A DNA stretch of 53,971 nucleotides, filler included, from Bipalium vagum (Eukaryota): the NCBI GenBank assembly GCA_037834085.1. It is 3 parts of 3 records of this genome, joined end to end, with 100 filler letters (N's around TTAATTAATTAA, not from the genome) between each part and the next. Parts side by side here need not be neighbours in the genome. Positions count along the whole stretch, not along the records: positions 1 to 18,385 come from JBBMKC010030637.1; 2 more parts are not named here. One strand, written 5' to 3'. A program made the position numbers and the translations under genes. The notes under the pieces are model-generated. The model searched no databases, was not told where the DNA came from, and saw only the letters and a list, made by a program, of their open reading frames with translations. Positions 1-13,550 of this stretch are shown here, one piece after another (positions within the stretch are counted from its first letter, which is position 1; each line of letters starts with the position of its first letter).

Positions 1-492
1 TTTTCTTTTGATTTATTTGAATTATAATTTATAAGGGCAATAAAGTCAAAATTTTACAGTTTATAGGTCAATTTTTATTAATTAATAGGCTAAACGTTTG
101 GTCAATTTCAATGATTATTAGGTCAATTTTTTGGGGGCCCTACTAATAACATGTTTGAATTGGTCAGTAAAAATATCGAGCTAATGATTTCAGTTTAGAA
201 TATATAAACGTAACAACCAGAAATAAATTATTTACTCTATTTCTATCAGTTAATTCGTTAGGACAAATAGATTTTTCAAGAAAAGGTGTCCTTAAGATTG
301 AATCATTGATAATAAGAAGATATGAATAATAAACCAAAATTCTAAGTTTAATACTTTGTTTTGATCAACTCCGGATCTAATAAATTCCAACTTTCTTTAA
401 CTTATTTCCCCATAACCTCAAAAGAGGGCACATAATTATTCCTGCTGCTGTTTCTTTATCATGAAACTTTATTGATTTTTAAGAAATGATTT

Positions 493-1180
493 TTAAAATA
501 CACGCTCTAAATCGTTATCATTTAATAGAAAATGATTTTCCAATTTACTTGCAAGTTGAAGGCCTTCGCAAATTAAATTGGCACTAGGTGAGACTGATTT
601 TTCATCTGATTTATTGTCTTCAAAAGGATCTTCGATAGGATCTAATTCCAAACTTTCTAAAATTTCTTTGTCACATAAGGCTTCGTCCTCAAGCAATTCT
701 TCAATATCATTCTCGTCAAATTTATCAAAGCCTTCGCCACCAATTGCTTTGACCAATGAAATAATTTATGATGTTATTTGATTTGGTACATCTTTATTAA
801 ATACGCATTCAGGCCAAACTTCTTTCCATCATGCGTTTAATGTATATGATTTGATTTCAGCAATTGCTAATGCAACATGGTTTATGCAGTTTAAAATATT
901 AAAATCCTTCCAAACATCTGTAACTATGATTGATTCAATTTCTAGCTTATCGAAAATGTAATGAAAGGTGAATTTTAAATAATATTTTTTGAATGCCGAA
1001 ATAATCCCCTGATCTAATGGTTGAATTAAACTAGTTGTATTTAGAGGAATAAAAATTATTTGTATGTTAGAATGTTCTACCTTTTCATGACCTGGTACAT
1101 TATCAAGAATTAATAAGATCTTAAATTCAAGACCTTTCTCTTTCATATAAATTTTGACTTTAGGTACGAAGCAGTTATTT
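493..1180 (-). mobile_element. Degenerate pogo/Tigger (CENP-B-like DDE_1) transposase, C-terminal part
   Basis: ORF 829-1146 has KILLILDNVPGH and IPLNTTSLIQPLDQGIISAFKKYY, typical of Tigger/pogo DDE_1. ORF 493-756 is the acidic C-terminal tail (GGEGFDKFDENDIEELLE). The reading frame is broken between the two. Confidence 0.85.
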
Positions 1181-2056
1181 CTGTTTAATTAAATTTCCAT
1201 TTATCGGAATTCTTTTTTGAGTAAAATCTTCAATCCAAATTACGAGGACTTTTTCTGTTTTTTCTATTAAAGGGTCTCTTGAATATGATGATAATTTATA
1301 TGGTTAAAAATAATTTTTAATCAAAATAAATTATATTTTTGACAGAAATATTTAATTAAGTTAAGTAAATAAAATAATTTGACTATAGTAATAAAATAAT
1401 TGAAGCTAATAATTATATAATTCATATCAAATTTCAAAATAGCAAGTAAACTTAATAGATATTTACAACCTGCAATGATGCTCCATGGGTCTTCATTTTT
1501 TCCAGCATTGGAAATAGACAGTTGAGACTTTATTAAAGGAATGCGTCTTTATTAATTTATGTAAATTTAAATTAAACGCCCATACCTGAAAATTGTGAAA
1601 AGATGAAATATTTACTTATTTTAGTATTTACTTAGTGAATTTTTATTGCTTTATCTTTTTAGATGAAATATGACAAATCCTATAAAATTATGGCTATAGC
1701 TTAGTATAAAAAGAATGAAAATATTTTGAAAAATTCTAACAACTTCATGATTGACCATAAGGTGCTGAAAGGATGATTAAATAGCAAAGAGATTATATCA
1801 ATTTTCGAAAACTGGGCAAAATAGGTGTTCTAGATGAGGAAGAAAACTATCATAATCATTAGAGCAAATTTAACTTTGTAACTTTAGAGAAAGTCAGGCG
1901 AGCTAAGAGTTGCAGACAACTTTATTAAATCATTAAAAACGATAATAATCTAAATAAACTGTATTTAAATACCAATAATAAACAAAAAACTCAAGACTTG
2001 AATTCAAATAAATATACTTTTCAGGATGAAAAAACAATGATTTCATTGAAAACAAA

Positions 2057-2642
2057 TCAGCAAATTATATTTCTAATTTTTTCATATTCTTCTTTGCTGA
2101 TGAGCGACTTTTTCGTTTTCTCCCATTCGTCCATCTTGGGCATTATGATGCACAAAAATCCTTCTGTGAGCGTAGAGTCGGACAAAAGTTTCGGTTCATC
2201 AATCAGACGCTTATTGACCTCCAACAATTTGCCTCGAATGCCACACGGCACTGTCACGGTGTTCCCGTCGTTTGTAATTACTTTCAGCAATGGACACTGA
2301 ACATTCGAAATGAATTGGCCACCTTTTTTCCCTTTGCCCTTCACTTCGTTGTTTAGACGGTTCGTGTTCGGTCCAGACTGGATAAGATGAACAAAACATT
2401 ATATTGCTAATTATAATTGAAAAATCAACCTGAAAGTCTACAGACGATATATATCCACTATCTAATTTGTCAAATAAATAATGAGTCTTGGCCAAAGTGA
2501 CTACACAAATCTTATTTGAATGCATAAGTATACACAGATCATTTCTTTCAATATTACCAATATCCAACAGAAACCCAACTTCAAAATAATGTTCTAAAAA
2601 TCGATATGACTCTTTAACTGGTAAATAATTATCTTTATCCAT
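2057..2642 (-). CDS. ABITRAM: Protein Abitram / FAM206A / Simiate homolog (glycine cleavage H-like fold), 2 exons, ~177 aa
   Basis: Exon 1 is 2642-2430 (MDKDN...DLCILMHSNKICVVTLAKTH...SVDFQ). A 52-bp GT-AG intron spans 2429-2378. Exon 2 is 2377-2057 (SGPNTNRLNNEVKGKGKKGGQF...VPCGIRGKLLEVNKRL...EGFLCIIMPK). The splice is in frame and joins the two ORF-track fragments. HSNxICV, GKxKxG and GKLLEVN match FAM206A. Confidence 0.9.
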
Positions 2643-3329
2643 TTATTATTTGAATAAAAACTGTCAACAGTTGTAACAATGGAATGAAAAATATCAGACA
2701 ATAATTGTAAAATTATTCCAATTTAAAAAAGTTCCATAAATGAATATTTAAACAAACATAAAAAGTTTAGTTGAAAATTAAAGTTAAAATAAATAGGTCA
2801 AATTTTTAAAAAAAATTAAAATTAACTAATAAAAAAAATTTTTTTACTACTCAAAAAATAGGCACAAAAAAATAGTCAACTTTATCCATATATATATATA
2901 TATTTTTAATGACATTTAATTTTAATGACGACCAATTGTTAATGTTAGAAACGTGAATTTCTAAAAATAAAACAAAGCATAATAATACGGCGCGATAAAG
3001 CGATTACTCATCACACTAAAACTAAGGCAAATTCGGTCAGACAGACAAAAATTTCATTTGCAGTTATTCATTCACTGATATTAATCATGGTCTGCATGCC
3101 TTGTCAAAACAGAAGATACAATCAACTATAATAATCTACGGCTTGATTCACAGTATTAGTGTCCTTATTTTTACCTTAACATGCCAAGAACAGTGTTGGA
3201 TCAAGAGGGAAAGTTTAAGCACGATGAAATTTTCAAAAGGCTCTCTCAAGAGAACAAAGTAAGCGTTTATCGTTAGGGTTTTATTTGGTTTTCTTTTTCA
3301 ACTAATAATATTAAATCGGGCAACTTAGT

Positions 3330-4060
3330 TTATTTCTCCGTTTTGTGGTTTTTCCCGTGTTATCAGTTGAATTTATCGGAATTTTCTTTGGTTTTGAGGC
3401 TTTTAGAAATATTGATAGGGGGAAAGTTTTTTTATTAAAACATAAAAAAATAGACAATTTGATCTTCTGTGATTTACTGGGTAAAATATTTCAGCGTAAA
3501 CCATTTTTGAAAGAACTTGTAACGCATGACTAAAATGAGTTATCTTTGTGAATATTATTCAAACTTGATCATTGTCCATGTCGTGGGAAACTCAATTGAC
3601 AGCAAAACATGAATTAACTTCAAACAAAGTTATCTTAAGGCACTGGTTAGAATTGAAAGACTCTTTGATAATCAAGCTCTTTCATATAATACGTAAATCG
3701 ATTGGTTTTATTCCACATTGTAGTCAATTAACAAGATAGAACCAACCCTTTGAATGGCTGAGATTGCGTTGCTGCACGACATTGCCAGATAATTGTTAAC
3801 GAATTTGGCTGTGAATTAATAATACATTCAACGTACTGGTCAGTTTGAAAGGATATCATTCATTTAGATCTTTGCAGAACTCTCAATAGACTGAAGTTCA
3901 GTTCTATTCTCCAAAGTAAAAAATATAGTTAGGATAATTTTTCTCGCCAAAAATCCGGTAAAACTTTCAGTGATGCAATAAAAATCCATCTGAAGAATAA
4001 CAAAAAATTGTCGATGTTGAAGTCAAATTGCTTTAAATAAAACATGTTAATGTTTTTTAT
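3330..4060 (-). mobile_element. Highly decayed Tc1/mariner-like fragment
   Basis: GC-richer block with weak mariner-like remnants on the - strand (a xDN motif region). No intact ORF or clear TIR. Confidence 0.3.
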
Positions 4061-4787
4061 TCAATTTTAGTGATTTAATAAAATGTGAAAAATATTTTCC
4101 CGCACAATTTAATTAAATTAATCGTTAAATTATTGGGTTTTTTTGTAAATTTGTTAATAAAATATTTTTTTACTAAAATAAAAATAAGGTTAAGATAGTT
4201 AAAAATAAATCATGATAATAATCCGCATGACAATTGAACGAACCAGGCCAAAGTATTTGCGGTTTGGATTTGCGATTTTTTCGCTGAATGGATATTTTTT
4301 TTTAAACAGAAAAATGAAAAATAAATAAATTATGATTAATAATAAAAAATTACGTTAATCATTGTGGAACCACCCACAAAAAATGATCAATACTAAAACC
4401 AGACAAAGCTTCGTTTTCAGACACCCACATATAACGAGGGGTATCATTTTTATGATTATTTTGTTTTTATAATCAATACAAAATGATTGATTAATCTGGA
4501 AAAACATGTTGGATTAATTGGTTTTCCATTTATTGTTGATTTGTTTTGTTTTTCTTTAAATAAATTCGTATTTAGAGATTAATAATTTTAGATTCGTTAT
4601 ACAGGTTATAAATCGGGTCAAAATCCTCAAAAGAATTTCTTGGAAGACTTGAAATTAGGAAAACTAAATATAGTGAGTGTAACATATGTTGAAATGGTAT
4701 TTTTTTATTATGGTACATTAACATTTCACGATTTTGGTTTTTATTGAGGGCAAAATATTTAACCTTAAAAATCACATGTTTTTTAGC

Positions 4788-4791
<4 letters not shown>

Positions 4792-4863
<72 letters not shown>
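4792..4863. repeat. (TTA)n microsatellite
   Basis: About 24 perfect TTA units, directly visible. Confidence 0.95.
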
Positions 4864-4864
<1 letters not shown>

Positions 4865-7329
4865 GATTATCATGAAATCAAAGTCATGTTTAAAATTTGA
4901 ATATTAACGAGCGGATCCTGCATCTTGATGAAAATAAATAAATATAATAATATTAGTAGTTATAATAAATAAATAATATAATGCAAGTATTAAATCCATT
5001 TCCAGTCATTGGTATAGATGGACTTGTTTAAATATTCTACAACGCCACCATGCTGAAGTGTCTAAGAAAATAAATTGGCTTCATTTGAAGACAGAATTGG
5101 ATTTCTGTCATCATTTTGATGTGGTTTTTTTATAATGTTAAAATAATGGATTTTTTATTACTCTGCGTAACAGGAATTTGTGGAATATTTATAAGGAAAA
5201 TGTACTTTTCCTATTTGATAATCGTTGATAGTGATTATTTATATTAAATTATTATTAATTTCATTTTATGCTGTTTTAATTGTGACATTTTCGATTTATC
5301 TAATATAACCAGCGTTTAAAGACTAAAATTAAACCTACATTTAGATTAATTGGTTATTTATAGCCGTTTTGTGTAACTGTTGGTTTTAATTTGGTGAGAA
5401 TTTTATTGTTGATATTATATTATTATTAATTTTTATTATTCATATTATTTTATTTTATTATTCAAGTTTTGACTTATTTTTTACGCATATCATAATTAAA
5501 ATATATGGAACTTAGATAATTTATTTTCCAGCATTTTATTTTGATTGAAAAGTTGAAGTATAATTAAAATTGTATTTGAAATACATTTTCCCATATATTT
5601 TAAATTTTCTTTTAAGAAATAAGCTTTTGGTTTTAATTGCGTAAGAAAATATTATTTTTTTTGACAGATTTTCTAAATTAAAATAATTACGAAATATGAA
5701 ATAGCATTTAAATATTTTCCAGAAATTATCAAGAAATGAAAAAATTAAACTTTAAAAATTATTAATCGAAATGGAATAATGATTTCGACTGATTCTGATA
5801 AAAAAGAAGATTTGATAATTATTTTTAAAATAATAATAATTTTGTATTTAATTACCCTAATTTTCAACCAATTAGTTTTCATTTCGCCTCTTTTGACTTG
5901 GCTGAAGAAATTTTTTCAAGACATGAAATCAACCTGTCCCGAAAATATTACTTGTCTCAAAATTGTGAAACTTTTACTTTACTTGTGTGAATATTTAAAG
6001 CAATTGTAAAATCTTTTAAAATTTTATGATGTGCCTCAATATTTAAAATTAACTAAACTTAGATTATTTTATGTTTTAAAGTTTTATTTTACAGGGTTAT
6101 GCAGAAATATATAGAAAATTATTCAGAAATATAGAAAAAATATTCGATTATTTAAATTAAATTAAATTATTAATTTTAATTAAATTCTAAAATGATATTT
6201 TATAAAAATTTATGTTTGAAAATTAAACAGGCACATTATATTAATTTATTGAATAAATATTTTTGTTTAAATAACGGGAGATTTTCGTTCATATTTTAAG
6301 AAAATAAATATTATACAAAAGTGTCTCATCTTGATATTTCTGTAAAAAAGTTAAATTAATTTAAGGTATTTTTTAAAGTTTCTTAATATTTACAAAATAT
6401 ATGTAATTTCAACATTGTATGGATCTTCGTTTTCCAGCTATAAGGAGATCCTGGATATTTTTTCATACTAATTACTCTGTTTCACTAAATATTAAACCTT
6501 TATTCTTCTGCAGCAATGAAGATGACTTATTTTACAATTACGTTGAGTAACATCTTTCAACTAAAAATTAATTATATTTTAATTAAATAAATAATAATAT
6601 ATTCTATTAATCATCTGTGGGTAAACTAATTACAAAATTAATATCAAAAATTAGAAAATTTTAGTTTGATTTAATTATTATTTTTTTATATTTAAAGATT
6701 AAAAATTGAAATTTATACTAATACAAATATTCTTCTGAATTAAAAAAAATCAGTTTAAGTGTGTAAAATCGAATTAATTTTATTAAATAGTTAAAAATGG
6801 ATTATATAATGTAAGATGATAATTTTAAAAATTGAATTAATTTATAAATTTATTTGCGTTTCGGTTGGTTGTTTTTCTTGATGATAATGTGAAGTTTTCT
6901 TATGAAAAAAGATTGATTATGTGTAATTAATCTTTTTAATAATATTTAATTTATTTTTCAATAAATTAAAATTCAGATTTTATCAAAAAATTTACATTTA
7001 CATTTCCAAGCTTTAAAATTGACAATTAATTTTTATTAATGATTTAAAAAAATTAAATTAGAAAATATTAATTATATTTATTTTTTACATTTTATTATTT
7101 TTAAGTAATCACCAAATTCAGCACTGGAATCGACAACATTGATCGATTTTCGAATTGACACTCTTAAACAATGATAGTTTTATATCATATATATGATATT
7201 TTTTAGGTCTTGACAATAATAAAATATTAATTTTATTTATGACGAGTGCACTCAGAAAAGAAAGTTTAATTATTATAAATAAATCATTCAAGATTCTATT
7301 GTACTTTAGAATAATTGAAAATTAGAGTG

Positions 7330-8300
7330 AAAGAATATTTTCATTATCATCACCCTTGCTATCATTGTTATAAAGAAAATTCCAAGAACAATGGGACTTT
7401 TTTAGTCATTATTAAATTAATAAATGAGCTTAGATTATATATAATGATTTTTATAATTCTTATGACGTAAAATAATAGAACATGACTAATAAATACCGGG
7501 TATATTAAAATAATATAAAAATAGAAGTTTTTAACTAAATGAAACGTATTATCTAACACTGGAGGGTTTTGAGTTATACACACTGCTTATTTTTACTCCA
7601 ATGTCTTTGAAATGCACCCAATTTATCTACAAAGAAAGAACATTAAGAGCTTTCGACAAATGATTGATGATATAATATATTATGTTTGGTCTGTACTCAC
7701 AAAAAGATTTGCTGAGATTATAATCTCATACAAATTTTTCTCCCGAACCATGATACCTTTTCCAAGAACCATATACCAAAAATATAGAAAGCTGTTTGTT
7801 TAAGACCATTCATGTAACTTTTGGCATCAATTAACATTCCAAGAGTCCAAACCAGATATACTGTAAACCATAAACCAAATTTGAAGAGAAATCATATATT
7901 AACAGGGGGTATAGGTGCATACCTTTTGCAAAAAATGTTCTATTTTAAAAATTTTCAATATCATTTTGAGTGATATACATGTTGTCTCATTCCTAATGAT
8001 AAAAAGAAAAATATTACCTACTTTGGTATATTCCTTCGATGCAGGTGATCCAGAATCTCATTGCACACAATATCCGTTTTCAACTTGCATTTCTAACACT
8101 AGTTATTCAGTATGCTTGAGATTACTATATGGTATAATTTTTTTAATGTTATAAATAGCGTTTTTTGAATTATATTGATTTTAAAGTAAAGACTGCTCAA
8201 GTGATCTTAAGGTGGGGTGTAATTCATCAAACAAATCTCCAAAATATTCGAGTATATTTTTATGCATTTTTATAAGTAATATCTTTTTCTAGGGGTCTAC
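7330..8300 (-). mobile_element. Decayed IS630/Tc1-like (DDE_3) transposase fragment
   Basis: - strand VLDNTFH resembles the second-Asp motif (xxDNxxxH). The surrounding sequence is full of stops and frameshifts. Confidence 0.35.
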
Positions 8301-10116
8301 AGCATACCTTGAGATGTAGCTATTGACTTATTCATGTCTGAAATAAAACGAATCAATATAATTTAGATATTGTTTATTTACAATGTATTAAATATTATTA
8401 CAGAAATATTACAAATTTTAATAATCAATTTAACATTAGTTAAATTAAATAAATCAATTTTCAAATGAAGAATTGAAAATCTTTTATTATGGTAATTTAA
8501 TTTGCTTGTTATTTCTTATTTATAGAGTAGCAGTACAAATATTATGGACATCAAACGTCTATTATGTATTATTAACTATGTTGAGGTATTAAAATATGTA
8601 ATAAATGTAAGCTAATAGATAATGTTTTGTTATTGTCTATTACTAATGTTTATTTACTTAAAAAATACAACATTTAATAGATGAATCAATTTTTCTTTTA
8701 TTGGCCATGATGTTTACTTTAAGGGTGAGTTGGAGATTGAATATGACTCTGGATTCGGCGTTTTTCTGAACCCAACGGACACTGTCCGTATGGGATCTGT
8801 CTAATATGAGGTCTAATCTAATTAAATTTTTAATGGTTTTATTTTATTAATAAGTAACTTCATTTGAATAATCTTTAATATTCGTTAATGATTTTTGATT
8901 TCTGGAAATTTTAATGATAATCAATTTCTGACACAAGTTTTGTAATAGCAATGGTTAGTTTTTATTATCTTTCGTAATTGAACTGACTTACATTTTGATA
9001 TTAATATAAAAAATTGAATAAAATAAATCGAAACTGTTTCTTTCTATCTTACTAGTATGAACTTTTCACAATAAGATATAATTTTTTTGTTTTTCTTATT
9101 TGCCCATTCCACATGTTAGTAGATCTTCTGGCAATATCAGTGCTTATAACCCATAGAAGGAATGAGACTATGTACTAAGAAATTGTATTTTTTTGTAAAA
9201 TGTCTAGACTAAAAAAATTAAAGGGGTGGAGGTAAATATTACTGTTTTTTGTTTTAAAGAGGAAACAGTGATTAAGGTGTGCTTCAGCGATATACACCTG
9301 AATATCAGTATACTACTAATAAAAATTTTTGTAAAAACCTTTTGTGAGCGTAAAGAAAAATAGATTTTACAATTCATTTATATTATTAATTAATGTAGTT
9401 GAAATAAATTAATATATAATAAAATAACAGGTAATTTTATTTTATTTAAAAAAGAAATTAAAAGCCTAAGTCTTTCATAAATTTATTGGGGTTTAATTAA
9501 TTTTAATTTGTGAAAAAATTAAATTAGAAGCAACGTATTTTTATATATTTAATTCAATTTTTATATTAATTAATATTTTCAAAAAATATTTGTTCAGGCA
9601 TTTATCGATTCTGGAATTAATTTGAGACTCAACTTTGATGTTCATGGTTCCAATAATAACAATTTATCAGATAATGAAAACATTAGATTCGAAAACGAAG
9701 ATCGAGTTAGAAATATTTCTTCATTGTTATATGATAAAAGTGAAAATAATTATTTAACCATAACCATGTTGACTGAGGCTCCCGTATTATTTTTTTTATT
9801 CTGGAAATCCTTTCAATTATATTAATATTCTTGAAATAACCAATCTATTTATTATAATATTTATTAAAAACCAATATTATAAAGTACAAAAAGTGATGTT
9901 CACAACGGTTTAGATCTGTTGTTAACAATTTCTAATTATATCTGAATTCATTCACTGAAAAATTTTAGAAATATGAATAAAAAAGTAATAAAAGGTGATT
10001 AAATTATACATGTTTAGGTTTCTTTAAAGATTCAAAGTTAACAAAAAAGTTTATAAAAATTAACTGAATACAATTATTAACAAAATAATAAATAATAAAA
10101 AGCATTAAGAATAATA

Positions 10117-10878
10117 TTAGATCATTGGAAAAGTTCTTGCTTGATTTGAGACAGCGTGTGTTATATGATCAAATAAGTTTTTAGGGATTTAATGACGACG
10201 TTAATACTATTAAATTGTAATATTTTCTCATTAATGAGTCATAATTAACTTTATTTGCCTATATGTATCAATAAATAAATATTAATATCAATAAACATGA
10301 ACTATATATAATATTTTTAGAAACTCGAATGCGCAAATACTTGCCATCAAAACAGTATTTGCGGGTAATGGTTTTTTCTTTAATTCAATGAAAAGTACTG
10401 ATGAATCTCAGAGATTTCTGTTGAAGACGTATGGAGATCATACCCCATCCATTAAAACACTTGAATACTGGTTTTGGAATGCCAGATAAAGAACTTGAAG
10501 GAAGGCCGGAAAAGTTCGAAGATAATAATATGAAATTGTATTTCAATGGAATAATTTGTTTAAATAACCATTTCAAATTTTAGCGATATTTCAAGATATT
10601 AACATCGAAAAAATATATTTACAGCATGTCATGATTTATGAGTTCCGGAAACGTTTAACATTGAAACCAAGTGTACAAATATTAAAAGCGTTGTTTTTTA
10701 ATGCTGCTCCAAGAAAATCAAGAAATTGCTATCAAAATGAGTTCGAAAAGCTTATAGAATGCTGGAGAATTCTTATAGAGGGAGATGATGATTGTGTAAT
10801 CAATTTATGAAGTTATTTTATTTAATTATAATCTTTTCAATATTTTACAATCTGACCAGAACTTTTTCAATGATCTAA
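10117..10878 (+). mobile_element. Internally deleted mariner-like element
   Basis: The left TIR ttagatcattggaaaagttct matches the reverse complement of the right end ttagatcattgaaaaagttct and is preceded by TA. Internal remnants resemble the mariner HTH (EGRP) and C-terminus (LIECWRILIEGDDDC). Confidence 0.75.
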
Positions 10879-10904
10879 TGGTAAATAGATTAATATTAAT
10901 AATG

Positions 10905-11635
10905 TAGTGTATGTTAAAGGTAACTACCGGATTTTGAAACCCCACAAAACTTTTATTTTATAATCTGATTTAACCAATTTTACTTAATATAAAAATAGGA
11001 TCTCAAAAGTTTTATATTAGTGTTAAATTAATGCTAAATAGATAAATCCCAAGATGACATTCGAGTACAACGTTTAATTTTTGGATGGGTACTTCGAAAT
11101 CACGTCCTTATAGTCCTTTCTTCTTTAATGAAAATGTGAATGGTTCTAATTACTTAGAGATGGTTTAATCTTAACTCATACTACAACTTCATCCCAACAC
11201 AATATCGAAAATAATTTTTTTAACAGGATGGAGAGCTTGTTTATTACTCGTCCCAGATTAGACATTTTTTAAACAGAAAGATTTGGACCATTCAATGGAG
11301 CTGTGAGATCACTATATCTTTCACGAATGAATTTCTTTCTTTGAGGATACCGAAAGACAAAGTTTATACACAAAAACCAAAGGAGCTCTAAGACCTGAAA
11401 GATTTAATTGAAGAAGAGTACAATTCGAAATGTGTGTAAATGTTATAATTTTATGATCATGTGCAAACTTTACAATCAATGTTAATGGGTGTTCTGTAGA
11501 AAATAGTAAATTTTAATAAATTAATTTTAATTTTAATTAATTAATTTTTATTTTTTTTTAATTTATCGTATTATTTCAAATATATTTAACAATATACATA
11601 TTTAAAATCCAATAGTTACTTTTTACACACCCTGT
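10905..11635 (+). mobile_element. Internally deleted maT/DD37D-like Tc1/mariner element
   Basis: Imperfect TIRs (gtaactaccggatttt versus reverse-complement gtaactattggatttt); the right end is ...cacaccctgTA. Remnant QDG and SxxLSxMNFFL*GY motifs (SPDLTPLDFFLWGY-like). Confidence 0.65.
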
Positions 11636-12519
11636 ATATATAAATTAAATAAAATCAAATTATTAAAATAATATTTAATTACTAAACCAATAAAATCTTT
11701 AGTTTGATGTGTTAAGCAACTTATATTATGTAATTAAAAATGATGAGAAAATCAAATAATTAATTGTTTAAATATTCTGAAAAAATGTCACCATGAGAAA
11801 CTCTTTCGGCGTTTGAACGGAAATTTTAATTTAAATGAAAGTTTTTTATTTTATAATAATATTTAATATTTAATTTTTTGAATTTTTAATTTTAAGTATG
11901 GTTTTCCTGCTTGCTTTCTAAAAATAATTTTCTGTTTATAATTAATCATTTATAAAAAAAAAGAGAGTAGTAATAAAACTTATAAAAATCTTTAAAAAAA
12001 AGGAAATTGTTAAATCAACTTTTCTTAAAAATATAAGTTTGGATCTCTAACAAAAAAGAGAAAATTTATGAAGGAAGTCATTGACGTGAGCTTGAGGATG
12101 CCCAAAATGGGAAGTGATAATTACCAAAAAAAATATACAAAAGAAATAATGGTTTTGATAAAGTTTGAATTTTTAATTTAAAAACATATCAATAAAGGTC
12201 AAAAAGAAATATTCGAAATCTCAATTCGATATAAATCAAAATGGAATAACAAGTGGCTGAGTGAGCACCGAGCACAATCCGTGAGGCACAATTCAATACT
12301 TTTTAAAAGCACCATTTTAAATATCACAGTAAAAATACACATAATTAATACTTTCGCAACGCAATCAATTTTCGCCAATTCGCTTTCATAACAAGACATT
12401 CGTGCTGTTAAAGAAAATCGACTGATTTTATATCAGTTTTTACACAGTATTATTCCTACTTTCTCAATAATAATATCAATAATAAGTAATTATTTTATTT
12501 TAATCTTAAACTAATGTTG

Positions 12520-12521
<2 letters not shown>

Positions 12522-12596
<75 letters not shown>
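12522..12596. repeat. (TTA)n microsatellite
   Basis: About 25 perfect units. Confidence 0.95.
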
Positions 12597-12597
<1 letters not shown>

Positions 12598-13550
12598 TCT
12601 TCTCCATAAATATCTAGTTTGAATTAGCTAATCTTGTAAGAAAACATCAATATAGAAACCATTATGGAGGCCATCATGCAAGACAAAGCTTGGTCTCAAA
12701 TAGTAAAATTTACAAATTATTTTTGGAGCAAAATGCAATCAAACGTATCCCATAAGCGCCTTACTCTCCTGACATGAATCTAAATCTGTCCTGAGCTTTT
12801 TATATAATTACTGAAACTAATTGTGTTTATTCGCTAAATGACAGCAGATAACTAATAGGAGGCTAAAATAAATTTTGAATTGACAAATCAAATATATACA
12901 CAAGGTTGTGAAAAATAGGTGTCGCTTCATATTCCTTAATTTGAAGTCAGAGAGAGTAGATACCATAACATCTGAATTGTGGAGCTAAACTGATAAAGAC
13001 ATGACTAAAGCAGTATCATTTTGTTTCGTGGTGAAAATTTCAAGTGGATATAAAAATTTTTAAGATTTTCTTGATTAAATCAAAATTTCTAAATCTTACT
13101 AAAAAGAAAACTATCACCTAAAGATAAGCCATGAGAAATTTTCAATCAAAAAGTGGTTGAAACATGACCTGATTATATAAGCTTATAAAAATAATATTAA
13201 CTATAACAATAACTATAAATAAGTTATTATGTATTCACAAACTTTTTTCTTTTAAATGTAATAATAAGAGAAATATTGATAATAATCAAGTGCAAGTATG
13301 CGTATTATATGATGATGTTAATCCAATCATACTATATTGACGAAAATAAAACGTGTAATATGGAATTGATTATTATATGATATAAGTGTTTCGGAATGGA
13401 ATTTTGTGATTTATTTTAAAAAGTAAAAGACTAAAAATTTTTGAAATTTTCATTAATAAAATTCTTATCACATTGACTACCTGATCAATTATTGACCTAT
13501 TTTAATTTTCAGTTGAAACTGTTTGTTCATTCACCAGATGGCAGCTTATA

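Noticed and set aside
1998-2300. + strand ORF (also 578-781, 27768-27983, 27844-28125, 47604-47804, 51513-51698)
   Set aside because: Antisense or alternate-frame shadows of real genes or transposase fragments.
2211-2429. C-terminal extension of the 143-aa ORF
   Set aside because: It is read-through into the 52-bp intron and the wrong frame of exon 2.
4572-6009. Short I/L/F/K/N-rich ORFs (also 19781-20101, 26059-26292, 49022-50307)
   Set aside because: The composition is expected from random AT-rich DNA. No motifs or splice support.
6501-6560. KMTYFTITLS resembling the receptor ICL1/TM2
   Set aside because: In-frame stop just upstream, no TM1 and no conserved Asp.
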